Source: Eledone cirrhosa (taxonomy: Eukaryota). From it: DNA of 64,000 nt. This document shows, in pieces, positions 27,463 through 40,480 of this stretch (positions are counted from its first letter, which is position 1; every line of letters begins with the position of its first letter). The notes beneath the pieces were generated by a model that was given only the letters and a program-made list of their open reading frames with translations, was not told the DNA's origin and made no database searches. The stretch is from NCBI GenBank assembly GCA_964016885.1, contig OZ024747.1:92876001-92940000 (forward strand), in the 5' to 3' direction. Made by a program: the position numbers and the translations under genes.

Positions 27463-27834
27463 GCTTTTCTTTCAAGCATGTTATATTAATCGACTCTTTG
27501 GATGCCAAACTGCCTGAAACCACCTCTGATTCTGTGATAATTTTAAACCTTCCACTGCAATTTTATCTAAGACCTTTTTTTAAATTATGTACCAAACACC
27601 AACTTAATGAAGAAGTTAATTATTTTACTAAATCCTTCCAAATTCTTGATTATCTCCAAACTTAATTGAAGCACATCGGAGGTGCCTTTTATTAGAAATA
27701 TGGTGATGAAATGGTTTAATAATACAACTGTATTGGAATCTAATCTTTTTTTTTATCTATAATCTTTTATATTTCTTTGCTTGTCCTTTATGTTTTTGAT
27801 TTTTGTATTTGGGTGTATAAATAACGTTTAATCG

Positions 27835-27875
<41 letters not shown>

Positions 27876-28038
27876 CCAATGAAATGGTTTAAGATTGTGT
27901 GTTGAAGTGGAAGCAATTACATTTCAGAGAGTCATTTTAGGAGCAAAATAACACTTTTTACAATGTAATTGGCCTCTCAATATATATATATATACGCATA
28001 TACATATGTATACGCATATACATATGTATACACATATG

Positions 28039-28070
<32 letters not shown>

Positions 28071-28085
28071 TATATATATACACAC

Positions 28086-28138
<53 letters not shown>

Positions 28139-28199
28139 TATATATATAATGTGTGAGTGTGTGTGTTTAGATAAAAGAAAAGGTTAAATTGAAAGTATT

Positions 28200-30236
28200 T
28201 CATAGAAAAACTTAACATTATTGTTGTTTAATACTAAATAACAACCAGAGAGGAGATTCTTTAAATGTGATTATTCTATATATGTGTAATCAACATAATA
28301 TGAATAACTCTGTATATGCATACACCATCACAAAATCTTTAGTGTCTCTTTTTTCTTTCTGTTCTTGCATAATTTCAAATACCACACCATTCACATAACC
28401 GTGAAAAGTATAAGCATTATATATTATTTACTTATATTATTTTATGTATACAAGCATGTGAATGTATGCAAATGTATGCATATAAATTCAAACTATTAGT
28501 AATTAAATCTATACATGACGTTGTGAGTGTTTTGAGATTAGAAAAAAAAAAAAAATAAACATTCTTTGAAATGAAATTAATATAAATTTGTTTTATAAAT
28601 TAACAGAACAAAATGATAGAGAAGGAACTAAAATTGAAGAAAACCTGCCCTTAAATAACAGCAACACATACAAACATATTTACCTTTAATGCTTAAGATT
28701 ACAGATTACAAATATACACACATCAATGTAAATACATTTCATAGGCCCATATTTTGCCTTGTTCAACATAATTTACTTTTTACATCAATTCTTCATCCAA
28801 AAGTTTATTTATTGTTTTTTAGGATGAACCAGTTCAAAACATTATAGAAATAACAGTTTCCATTTTTCTTCTATACAGTTACATTCATTAGAAAATAGTA
28901 CTTTGTACATGTCACTTAACTCAGGTACATCTGTTGTGCATAATTTTATTAAGCAAGCATCTCCAGTAGATGTATTTACTCATATGAATATTTATGTAGT
29001 GGTGTTATACTTGCAAAATATTATATGTAAATAGGTAAGTAAAAAAAAAAAAATTAAATCTCAGATCTCAAAAAGAGAATCAAACTAAGATTGCACTTGT
29101 TGAGTCTCAAATTGATTCTAATTCAAATCAGTTTTCTAACCTCATTGAGGCATTAAAATTGATGATGCATAACTCTGTTCCAAGAATTTTGTAGAAAATA
29201 TAAACATAAACATTACAATACAAACATAGATTTGTATAAGTACATGGACACATACTCACTCACATGCATACATCACTATATATAAATTAGAATTTGGGGA
29301 TTGTAATCAAATCTAGTTTATATGAAACACTATGATCTGAAGATAAAAGAAAACCATTGGAACAAAACATAGTGCAAAATCTTATTTAAAACTATTATAA
29401 AGTATCAAGAAATAATCTTGAGATCTTATTTTAGATTTTTGTTTACTTCTAAATTAATAGAATTTAGTGAAGGATAAATTAAATAATAACAATTTGGGGA
29501 GAAAAAAAAAGATTCTTTAAAAAGAGGTTTTGAAATAATATTTTAAAATGCTTTTATAATGATATATATTTTCTGATTGGAGAACTTGCAAGTATGCAAT
29601 TGAAATAGCAGCAGTATAAAATAAAGTGATTTGACACAGTAATATAAGCAGGCTCATTCAGGTTTGAAAATGAATATCACACCGTAATAGACTGAATAAC
29701 TTCCATAAGATAGGCGTTTATTTATATATCAGATGTAAATGACTTTAAAAATGTGTAGAACTAATTAACATAAGGATTAGAAATTACACAAATTTATAGT
29801 TGTTCCAAATTAACTTCATATGTTTTTCTGAGTGAAAATAAGATAAATAATGTTTTAAAATATGCATTTCCCCTTGTTAAATGTATTAAAATTTGAAAGC
29901 AACAGCTTTCTGTTACACTGAAAGAGAAATTACATCCCTTCTCCAAATGACTATGGTTTAAATGCAAAAAGATAATAATAAAGTCTTTCGTTTTTAATAT
30001 ATAAAACTCTAAATGAAAAATTTCAATTGAAATAATACAACTGTTTCTGTTCCTTTTACCAACTAATAAACTTAGAGAGCTTAATAAAGCAATACCCCAA
30101 TGTAAATAAATAAAATGATAATGGATAAGGAAAAAAAAAAGAATTGAAAGTCAGAGGTTGACCATTTGAGAAAAAGTGAGATCTATTGATAATGCTAACA
30201 GATGTGATAGATGAACAATGGTAAAACTATGCTATG
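28200..30236 (-). other. Probable long 3' UTR of dve-like gene
   Basis: About 2 kb with no recognisable SINE, MITE or long microsatellite directly after the stop codon. AATAAA on the minus strand near 28804-28813. The true end is unknown. Confidence 0.4.
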
Positions 30237-31946
30237 TTAACCTAACTCTGAAACTTCTGTAAGTTCTAATGAATTGTCATGACATACTCCTGATGGTTTG
30301 TCACCAAAATCCAAACGTATTCGCTTAATTTTTGCACGATGGTTCTTGAACCATAATTGAACATTTTTAGATTCAAGCTTAGGGAATTTTTGTCGATATT
30401 CAGATTGATTAAGTTCTTCACAATACTTATCTATCATATATGCTGATGGATGAGTCTCTTCGGCAAACCACTTTTCGAGTTTAGGGATCTCTGAAAGTGG
30501 GTCTATGAAAACACGAGTGCGTCTCTTCTTTTCCAAACTGTGACTGTGTGATTTCAAGTGTGATTTTTCTTGAAGCTGAGTATAATACTGAGAATTATAA
30601 GGGAGATAATGTAAAGGAAGGCCATGAGGCATGTGCCCAGGTATCTGGAGAGATTGTGTCATTCCACTACCAGACATTGATTTTAAGTTCACACTATCAG
30701 CTGATTTGCTGTCATCAATTTCTTGTTTGACTACAATGTTAAACTGATCTACATCTTGACTAGACATAGAGTTGATATCCAAAGACCGATTGTCATCGAT
30801 AGAAGAGTCAACATCATCACAATCCATTTCTTCGTCCTTAAATTTTTTATGGTTGTGATTAATTCCTTCTTCTTCCTCTTTAGAACTAACTGTGTGGTTA
30901 AATGGAAGATCTTCTTTCGTATTACTGTGAATAAATGAAGAGTTTTCTTTTGAGCTAGTACTTTCCAAACTATCACGAAATCTTGAGTTGTTAAAATTAT
31001 TTTCCTCTTTGGAAACAAGGCTTTCTACACTATCTCTCTGGGAGGCAAGATTTAGACCACTTTCTCCTGAGGGTAAATACGATTTACCTTTGTCTAGTTT
31101 TTCCCTCATATTCTCTTCAGATGGAGTTCGAGGGAGTGGAAGTGGAGAAGAAGCATCAGGTGTTTTGATTGGATCAATCTTTTTTTGACTGATATCCATA
31201 GGTTTTCCATCGTCCTGATGATGACTAGTAGTGGTCATATCCATTGCATTACCACAGTCCTTGACATAAGTTGAATGTAATGGGTGAGGCACAATGTAAA
31301 TTGCATTGCGGTTTGGAAGATAAGGAAGAGAATCTGTACTACCATATGTTTCACCATTAGCATTTTCTTCTCCTTCTAAACTGTCTTCAATATTTTTACT
31401 AGCTCGACGCAAGGCAGCTCGCGCATTTTTAAACCAGTAGATTATATTAGTTAAATCCAATTGCTTGCGCCCTTTCCTTGATTCTAAAGAGTTTAATTCA
31501 TTTAAATAATGGACCATTTGTTCTCGTGTTGGATGCTGGTTCTGTTGAAACCATCGTTGCAATCTAGGTATTTCATGTTCAGGATCAAATGAAGTTCGCA
31601 TGCGAGTTCGTCCGTGTGAAAGGGCATAATGAGGGGATTGAGCTGGAGATGGTGTAGTAGTTGTACTGTAAGTGGTGACAGTAGTTGTAATTGGGACTGA
31701 ATTGCTAGGAGGAGATATGCACTGGGAAGTTTTCAATACAGAATTTTGAGTCAATGCAGAAAGATGTTGTCCATAAGTATCAATTAATGTGGAGCTAACT
31801 GAAACTGTAGCAGAAATCTTTTGCATTTGGTTTTGTCTTATTACAGATTTCCGTAGTTGATCCTTATACCAATTATTAAATGCCTGTCGTCTTTCTTCAG
31901 ATATCATCGCAAGTTTTTCCCCTTTGGAAATGGAAAGTAAAAAATT
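30237..31946 (-). CDS. dve: Terminal coding exon of dve/SATB-like (Compass class) homeobox gene: end of CUT-like domain plus two homeodomains
   Basis: Long ORF. Acceptor ttttgcag|AAT at 31947/31946 is phase 0 and matches the upstream exon. HD1 RTRMRTSFDPEHEIPRLQRWF...IIYWFKNARAALRR (~31610-31401) and HD2 KKRRTRVFIDPLSEIPKLEKWF...VQLWFKNHRAKIKR (~30530-30320) both carry the WFKN (K50) signature and the helix 2/3 insertion typical of Drosophila Dve. Stop TAA at 30239-30237. The ORF-track Met at 31982 is intronic. Confidence 0.95.
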   Translation of the reverse strand, partial: NFLLSISKGEKLAMISEERRQAFNNWYKDQLRKSVIRQNQMQKISATVSVSSTLIDTYGQHLSALTQNSVLKTSQCISPPSNSVPITTTVTTYSTTTTPSPAQSPHYALSHGRTRMRTSFDPEHEIPRLQRWFQQNQHPTREQMVHYLNELNSLESRKGRKQLDLTNIIYWFKNARAALRRASKNIEDSLEGEENANGETYGSTDSLPYLPNRNAIYIVPHPLHSTYVKDCGNAMDMTTTSHHQDDGKPMDISQKKIDPIKTPDASSPLPLPRTPSEENMREKLDKGKSYLPSGESGLNLASQRDSVESLVSKEENNFNNSRFRDSLESTSSKENSSFIHSNTKEDLPFNHTVSSKEEEEGINHNHKKFKDEEMDCDDVDSSIDDNRSLDINSMSSQDVDQFNIVVKQEIDDSKSADSVNLKSMSGSGMTQSLQIPGHMPHGLPLHYLPYNSQYYTQLQEKSHLKSHSHSLEKKRRTRVFIDPLSEIPKLEKWFAEETHPSAYMIDKYCEELNQSEYRQKFPKLESKNVQLWFKNHRAKIKRIRLDFGDKPSGVCHDNSLELTEVSELG

Positions 31947-33739
31947 CTGCAAAATATAATAAATGAAATTACATTTTAACATACAATTTAATTAAATTAA
32001 ACCAAGATTCAATACATATATTTTTTAACAAATTCAAATAGGAAAAATTGAAATAAACATTGAATTAGAATATATCAAATATAGATTATTATAACAAATT
32101 AAATAAAACTAATATATAATTAAGCAGACAGAATGTGTAAGCTTACAACAAAGTGTTTAAAACACAATAAATAAAATTAAATAAAATTAATTCAAATTTG
32201 TATTCTTCATAAAATACATAGAATAAAAAAAAGAATGTCTATCTAAATTTTTTCATTAATATGATCAAATGTATTAGAAGTTTTTTAGGAAGAGTAACTA
32301 TTTTATTTGTTTGTAGTTTTCTCTTTAAATTCCTGCCAACTTATTAAATAAGTTTATTACGTGTGGGAAACTTATTCTATAATCAGCTGAAACATATTAT
32401 ATAAATTATTTTCTAAATATCTATACATATATAATAATCATGATTGTGAAAGCAATTTCAAATCTCTGCTTTAGAAATATCTCAGACAATTATTTCCATA
32501 TCATCTCTATAGTATCCTAGAACAAGAAGGTGAGGTAGGACTTGTAGATTACATTAATTAGCTCATAGATGAGATACTTGATATTTGGTATTATATGAAT
32601 TCATTAAACAAATTTTTTTAAATAACTATTAATATTGAATATATTTAGATAACTACAGAATCAATAAGAAAGAGTAAAAAGGGAAGTATTATCTTCATTA
32701 CCATCATTGCTACGACCTACAATGTGATTAAATAGATTCAAAATCAGTTTAATCAGGCTACTTGAAAAACCCAGTTATATTAATTTTTTTTTTAAATCTA
32801 CTTCCCAATATGTAAAAGTATTATAACCATACTTAACACTTATAAAGGTAAAAAGAGTCATATGAAAGTAACAAACATGTGTTAGCTTTAAAAGTTGAGA
32901 TAAAAATAATGATAATGTATCTTGTATTTTAAAATAAGAATACAATATTTTAGTTGAAAAAGATTATGTTGAAAACAATATTACAACAACTCTTTCTTAT
33001 AAACCAAAATCTGGCAGTAGCAGTAGGTTTCATTGTTCTTGTTTGCTTATTGTCACATTTTCATCTCTATTGCTGCTAGCAAGATCCTATTACAGGAGTG
33101 AAAATGTAGAAATACAACAAAACACAAACTACATATAAAACCATTTTCTAAGTTGAAAAGCTAAGCTGGCAGCATTAATAAGCCTGAAGGTGGGGTGCAC
33201 TATCTTCTTATTTTCTTAATACAGAGTATGCAACTAAAAGGTAAGTGACAAAATTCTGTCACAAGTGATTTGAGAAGAGCTTATTTAGGCTTAGAGAATT
33301 GTTTGCATGATAAGAAGAATTTCAAAATTCCATGAAGATTTTCTCACTTTTGAACTTGAAGCAAATCAGTGTAAAGGAGCAGTGAATAGAAGATTTCCAT
33401 TGAAATCTCTATTAAACAACAGCTAAACACTGACATTGTTTACTTTGAATATACAAAGAAAATTTGTAAAAAAGATACTAAGTAAAAATATGTTGAGGAA
33501 AAGAAATATAGAAAAGCATGCAAACAACCAAAGATTATCTATCGATTCAATAATATAAAAATATGTTTATAAACATTATAAGACAACAAACAGATAGTGA
33601 AGACAAATTAAAAAGAAAAGATATATATAAAAAAAAAGGAAAGATAGGATATCAAGAATTACAATGATGAAAGAAAAACATTTTTAAAAAATTCAAAATA
33701 AACTTATATTATTTTTCTTTGAGGGTGTTAAGAAGAAAT

Positions 33740-33850
33740 GGTAGATTGCAAGTCTAATACCTTGTGGTATTTATTGAGTTCAAATGCCACTGTAGTTGAC
33801 CTTGACTTTCATCCTTCCAAGGTCAATAAAATAAGTTACTAGTTAATTAA
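33740..33850 (+). mobile_element. Old family A-related SINE
   Basis: gagttcaaatgcc…ctttcatccttccaaggtcaataaaataag. Confidence 0.65.
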
Positions 33851-33863
33851 TCCCCCCCACCCT

Positions 33864-33900
<37 letters not shown>

Positions 33901-34927
33901 ATGCAGCATTGAGTCATAGTTAAAATCTGTATTGAAATTTTTCTCAAAAAAAATAAAAGCTTACATTAAACCAATCATATCAGAATGTGTTTATAAGTTA
34001 TATAAACAATTTGGCTTTTTCAATATCTAATAGCAACTATTTGAAGTTGAATATTACTAGAATTCTAGAGTAAGTCTCAATGTGAGTGTTGGTAAGGAAC
34101 TGAAAATGTTTAAAAGAAAACAGTCTGTCATCAATCATCAACATTTATTGCAATAGAATGAAATGACTTTTCACAATAATTTAGTTATTGAATATAATCT
34201 TTTAGCAAAACAAAGAAGTTAGTCAGAGTCAAGCTTAATTTGAGTTTGCATTATACTAATAACAATTAAAACAGTTTATTATCAAAATGCTTAGAACAGC
34301 TTTACAATAAAAAATACAAAATTCTATTAAACTTATAGCTATGAAGTTCATTCATTCTTTCAAAAAAAGAAAGTTCAGTGTTGGCCACTAACATAATACC
34401 TGTTGGTGGACATGGCACATATTTGTCAGCAATCATAACACTCACTGGGTCATTCTGATATAATATTACAAAACCTTTGTGTTTTTATTTGTGTTTTTAT
34501 TAAACCTTTGTGTTTTTATTTAAAATGTTTTAAATAAATTTCTAGAAGTAAATATGAAAAAAAAAAAAAGTTTAATTTATCAAAAGCATTTCCTATAAAA
34601 TAGATATAACTAGAACAAGCCATAAGATTCCAAATATGTTCTGTCTATATAAGGAGACGATGGAGTAGAAACTGAAGTGTAACTACACTAAAGTAAAAGA
34701 TAAGGATAAAACATGTTATAAAAATAAAAGGATAAAAAACAGACAAAGTCAAAATGGAATTCTAAAATATACTGAAGAAGAAAGAAATGGAGGGAGAAAC
34801 CACCCCAGGGTCAATACACTGCAAGACTTAACAGAAGAGGAAATAATACTCAAACATTACGTTTTCTGCACACAACACATTCGATAATAAAATAACATAA
34901 CCTACACAACAGATAGCCTAGCCTAAC

Positions 34928-35045
34928 TTCATCCCCTCATCCTATCCTCATATCTGAGGGTCAGGGGTCATGGACTCATGGACCAACACTCTCCACCTTT
35001 TCCTGTCTCTTGCCATTGTCGTACAATCCACCAAACTCCTTGTAC
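34928..35045 (-). mobile_element. RTE-like LINE 3' end fragment
   Basis: Minus strand reads MARDRKRWRVLVH, typical of the RTE terminal motif. Confidence 0.55.
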
Positions 35046-35604
35046 TCTATGTAATTCTCACCAAACAATATAACACCACATACTCCACACACTCAACACC
35101 CAATAAAATAACACATCACATACTCTTAAATCATTAATACTTTAAGCTATAACACCAACACAACTCACATAATTCACATAATACAGATTTGCTACGGCTC
35201 AACTCACACAGCATGCATTCTATGCAAACTCTGCCCAACACAAAAACATGTAATATAATCACTCATCAGACAGCATATAGGAAACATAAACACCACCAAC
35301 AACAAAATAACACAACTCATATAACACATATTCTATAGAAAAGACAAACAATAAAAAAAAAAGGTCAAAAACAGAGAACCAAGTCACAGGATACAAAAGT
35401 GGTGTAGTACAACAAGCATAATTCTAAATTCCACCCCAAAACAATGCTGTACACACCTTCAGAATACACAGATACACCTGGTGGTAGAGGAGAAAACTAA
35501 CATAAAGCTGTTGAAAACATAATAATAATAATAGGGGAAGGAGGAGAAAAAGAAGAAAAATGATAGGAAAAGGGAGAAAAAAGATTTATCATCATCATTA
35601 TTGT

Positions 35605-35615
35605 TGTTAGTAGTA

Positions 35616-35686
<71 letters not shown>
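35605..35686. repeat. (TAG)n microsatellite
   Basis: Seen directly. Confidence 0.97.
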
Positions 35687-36367
35687 TTGTTTCTATTAGT
35701 AATAGAAAATAGTGGTGTTTGTAGCAGTTGTCATATTGAATCAAATCAAATCAATGTATGCAATTTGTTTCATTCAAGTTTGGATCTTTAACAAGAACAC
35801 TGAATGAGCTCATTAAAGGTTTACCTATCTTTCAGCATATCCCATGTTATGTTGTGAAGAGGAAAAACAAAAGTCAGATTTTTATTTATTTTTACTATTT
35901 GCAAAGAAATAAGTCTATTGTTACTCAGGAAAAGCTTAGAAGGAAAATAACAAATAAAGAAAGGGTATTCTTCTGCAATCAGGGAACTAAAGATGTTAAG
36001 AATGGGATGTGTTGATTAGAAGCATAGCTAATATAGGTCAATAGAAAAGTGGGTGCAGTACTTGGCAAGTGAAAGGAATATAAAATCAAACTTCTTAATT
36101 AGCACTGAAGAAAAGGAGGAAAAGAGTTAGTTGAAAGTGAGTTTTGTAATTTGCTTTTCTTCAGAGATATAATTGCTATGAAAATAAATATTTTGAAATC
36201 CCAAACATGCAAAATAAAAGTAAACTACTTCTCCTTATTCACTTATTTGTCTAATAAAAAGAAATAGATATTGTTTCTTAAACATAATTAAAATAGGAAT
36301 GACGAACGTACATTAGAACATTTTTTTTTTATTAAAAAAATAATAATTGTAATGAAATTAAATTTTT

Positions 36368-36425
36368 CTATTTTATTTTATTTTATTTTATTTTATTTTA
36401 TTTTATTTTATTTTATTTTATTTTA
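36368..36425. repeat. (TTTTA)n microsatellite
   Basis: Seen directly. Confidence 0.97.
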
Positions 36426-36861
36426 CTATTTTTCTTCTAAAAACTATTTTGATACTTATATTTGATAAAAGAAACCATTACCTTCTGGAGAGTATAAATA
36501 AGAAATCAAATAAAATCTAGAGTATAGGATATTTTCAACATAAAAATATGAAATTTAATGTAGATTATATGTATATGTATATACTATATTGTCTTGGTTA
36601 AATTTGCATGCATAAACAACAATGCTAAATATATGATTTTATTTATACATAGGAATATTAATATTTTTACTAGTTTGTGTAAATGCCTCTCCACAGCAAA
36701 AGAGAGTTACAAGCTATTCATTCTTATCTAGAAATGTCATGGTGAGAAAGTGGATGTTGGATGGTCAATGACAAGTCACACATTTCTGTTTTGTCTATAA
36801 ATTGACCATTAAGTAGAAATTAAAAACTTACTGAATATGGATCAAGAATATATAAAATGCT

Positions 36862-37028
36862 TTAACCCTTTAGCATTTAAATCAGCCATATCCAGCCAGA
36901 ATTCTCTCAAATCTTTCTGTTCACACTGGCTATAACTGGCCACTGATGTAAGATAAGTATGTGAGATAAAGCCTTTATCACAAAAATACAATAGTAAATA
37001 TAGAGTAATGTAAATGCTAAAGGGTTAA
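36862..37028 (+). mobile_element. Family C piggyBac MITE (internally deleted)
   Basis: TTAA|CCCTTTAGCATTTA … TAAATGCTAAAGGG|TTAA. Confidence 0.9.
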
Positions 37029-37460
37029 TTAAAGCCATAAGACAATTGTTTTTCTATCCATAATATTTGCTCAAACTTTGAAACCCTGTCGCTACAACTA
37101 TAAACATCTACTAAAATCAGATGCCTTTCATGATGCCAAACTAAACTTTTTTTAAGTATGATTTATATTATTCATCTTTGTCAAACCTTTTGTGTATCAA
37201 AGATTTGCATTGTGTGCTTTGTATAGAGTTTATGCTTACTCCTTTTCTACATATCAAGCAAGGCCACTTCCCTAAAGTGATCAGTGCCCTATCTTCCTTC
37301 CTATTTATTAACATTTTGTTTTTTGCTAAATTTGCTCTAAGCCCTTTTGATTCTAAGTTGTTTCCAGAGCTGGATTTTATTCTCTAGTTCTTTCACAGAT
37401 TCACCTATGAGGACCACGTCATTGGCAACCAGTTTTAAACTCCTCTGTTATGACCTAGAG

Positions 37461-37972
37461 CAGTGCTTCTCAAACTATCTGATGTGGCGGACAGGCATTT
37501 TTTTTTTTCAATGTGCCACGTACCACTAATATTTCGTAGTAATATTAATTTATACTGGAAACGATATATATAATGAATATAATAATAGTTGACCATTTTT
37601 TTATCTTCTATTTATTTTGTAAACAAATAATTGTTTCTACTTTAGGCACAAGGCCAGCAATTACCCAGTGCATTACTGGTACTTTATTTTATCGACCCCG
37701 TAAGGATGAAAGGCAAAATCAACCACGGCGGGATTTGAACTTAGATCGTAAAGGGACGTAACTATGCTGGAAAGCATGGCGTCCGACCCTCTACCGATAC
37801 GGCCAATCCACTTATTTTGTAAACAAATAATACAATATCAAAACATATAAAAAATTAATTAAAAAAATTCCTCAAATGATTCCTTAGCATGGCCTGGACA
37901 CTGGCCGTGTACCGGTAGCTGATGGCTCGCGTACCGGCACCGGTCCGCGAACCACCACTTTGTGTAGCACTG
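37461..37972. mobile_element. hAT (Charlie-like) MITE carrying a nested SINE
   Basis: TIRs CAGTGCTTCTCAAA / TTTGTGTAGCACTG. Perfect 8-bp TSD acctagag at 37453-37460 and 37973-37980. Confidence 0.9.
37628..37811 (-). mobile_element. Family A SINE inside the hAT MITE
   Basis: 20-bp TSD ttattttgtaaacaaataat. Confidence 0.93.
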
Positions 37973-37985
37973 ACCTAGAGGACTA

Positions 37986-38154
37986 TTGCTTCTTTCACCC
38001 TATACCTTTCTCTTTTAATAGCTGGTCCCTTTGTTGGGTCAGTCGATGGTAGTTTCTAGACAGGAGAATGAATGGAAGGAAAGGAGACTACCCCCAACTG
38101 ACCCAACAGAGAGACCATCTATTAAAATAGAAAGATATAAGGTCAAAGAAGCAA
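37986..38154. repeat. Foldback hairpin element
   Basis: ttgcttcttt…ttttaatag…gttgggtcagt pairs with actgacccaac…ctattaaaa…aaagaagcaa. Confidence 0.85.
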
Positions 38155-38197
38155 CACACACACATATATTCTTTCTTCATTATTGTATGATCAACAA

Positions 38198-38388
38198 GGG
38201 CGGTGGATTGGCAGTATCGGTAGAGGGTCGGACGCCATGCTTTCCAGCATAGTTACGTCCCTTTACGATCTGAGTTCAAATCCCGCCGAGGTTGACTTTG
38301 CCTTTCATCCTTACGGGGTCGATAAAATAAAAGTACCAGTAATGCACTGGGTAATTGCTGGCCTTGTGCCTAAAGTAGAAACAATTAT
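38198..38388 (+). mobile_element. Family A SINE, full length
   Basis: Complete consensus-like copy. Confidence 0.93.
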
Positions 38389-39996
38389 TGATATATACTC
38401 TCTACATTTTTATTTAATGAGTTAAACATATGAAAACTTGATTGAAATAATTGTTTCTACATTGGGCACAAGGCCAGCAATTATTGTATGATCAACTACA
38501 AGTATTGGTTTTCATGGAATATAGCTAAGTTTAATTGTTTAGTTATAAGTTAAGCTAAACATTTCTTTACTAACAAACAAAAATTTATTCTAAACATTTA
38601 AAAGCTTGATTCAAAAGTAAATATTCTAAAGCTATGCAATATTGCTTTCTGAAATACTAAGTGCAACAACTGTGATAAAATGGAGAAAGAAAGTGCATTA
38701 TAGCAATATGCATACATTTGGTGGAAATTTTAACTTAGACAGCTGTAGAATTATCGGTGACTGAATTAAGATGAAATAAGGAATAAACATCAATAATATA
38801 AGAACAGCTAGTTAATTTGACTTTCTAAATTGTAGGAGATTTAAAACCCTGCTGGGATTATCTTTTCCTTTGATCCTGATGAGTCTGATAAAATAAGTGT
38901 CTAATATGGTGATTTAAATGATTATATATTCTCCTCCCTCAAAATTAGGTTTTGGGCCTATTTTAAAAACTGGAATTTTTTTCCATACGCTGACACATAT
39001 GTGTATACGTTTTTGCATGTGTGTATGTACATATGCATACATTTATATGTATGAGTATATAAATATAAACATGCAAACACAGACACACTTACAAAAATAT
39101 ACACTCACAGCCATACATTCACACAAACATACACATACACACAGCATAGCTTTTTCACTATCCCCCTTTCCTTCCTTTTACATACACATACATTTATGCA
39201 GGCAGCAGACGTAAAGAGAGGAGAAGTAGTATGAGGTAGTCAAACTACTACTTTCTCTTTACGTGTTGTAACAGAATCTTTGTGTGTGTGTATATATATA
39301 TATACACACACACACACACATGTTTATAAATATAGTTGTGTGTGCATAGGAAAGGCATGTGGTTTAGTGGTTAGAGTGATAGGCTCATGGTTGTAAAGCT
39401 ATGAGCTGCAATGACATTGATGCCAAGCTTTGCTTTTTCTTTGGACAACATCAGTGTCATGGAAAGGAGAGACTGCTGGAGTTCCTCAAAACACCATGTT
39501 CAAACTTGTGCCTCAGAGAAACAAACCTATAGTCAGTCAGGGCACAAATATAGAAACATGTCCTTCATCTTAATTGAATGAGTACATAGATATGAATAGC
39601 ATTAATTTTCTTCAAACAAAGTTAATTAACTACCAGATCATGTAAATCTATGTAGTTAAGTTGAAATTCAATCAAATATAAAGAAAGAACTCAGGCATAC
39701 AATAACATTTTAGCTGCATATATTGTTTATTATAGTACTAGCAATGATGAAATGACCAATCAGAAAAGGGAATGTGAAGAACATGACTGTGCTTGAAAGA
39801 TTCAAAGAGATTATATACAGACATTAACATACATATAACTTACTCAATATCATGCAATGTTAGTGAATTTCTAAACACCAAACAAGACCAACAGCATGCA
39901 TTAATCCTCTAACCAGAAATCCACTCCAAACCATGTCTATTAAATTGTTCTAATTTAAATTTACATCTTAGACTGAAATCTCATCATTACATGAAA

Positions 39997-40104
39997 TACA
40001 GGGTGCCCTCCCAAAAATGTATGCACACTTCAACAGCATTTTAATAAATATTGCCTGTACAGGTAATCAAAGTGTGTATACATTTTTTGGGGGGACACCC
40101 TGTA
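39997..40104. mobile_element. Short Tc1/mariner-type MITE
   Basis: TA|CAGGGTGCCCTCCCAAAA … TTTTGGGGGGACACCCTG|TA. Confidence 0.8.
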
Positions 40105-40176
40105 TATTAGATTTCATTAAGTAAACATTTGGTTTTTAGTTAAAAATTAATTACTTTCACTATATCTGTCATATAA

Positions 40177-40480
40177 TAATTGTTTCTAATTTAGGCACAA
40201 AGCCAGCAATTACCCAGTGCATTGCTGGTACTTTATTTTATCGACCCCATAAGGATGAAAGGCAAAGTCAACCTCGGCGGGATTTGAACTCAGATCGTAA
40301 AGGGACGCAACTATGCTGGAAAGCATGGTGTCTGACCCTCTACGATACTGCCAAATACTGGTTTCTGATTTAAGAACAAGGCCAACAATTTTGGAGGAGG
40401 GGAAAGTTGATTAAATCTACCTCCATATATTACTGGTACTTTTATTTTATCAACCCTGTAAGGAAGAATGGCAAAGCAGC
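40177..40480 (-). mobile_element. Two adjacent family A SINEs (young short-tail plus older long-tail)
   Basis: 40177-40353 is near consensus. 40356-40480 is the long-tail subtype. Confidence 0.85.

Noticed and set aside
12953-28218. Numerous YI/CV/HT-rich ORFs
   Set aside because: Translations of dinucleotide repeats.
31947-31982. ATG at 31982 as the dve start codon
   Set aside because: It lies in an AT-rich intron end upstream of a canonical acceptor, and in-frame upstream exons exist.
39232-39250. let-7-like TGAGGTAGT
   Set aside because: Only 9 nt match, the rest differs, and the motif lies in the hairpin loop region.
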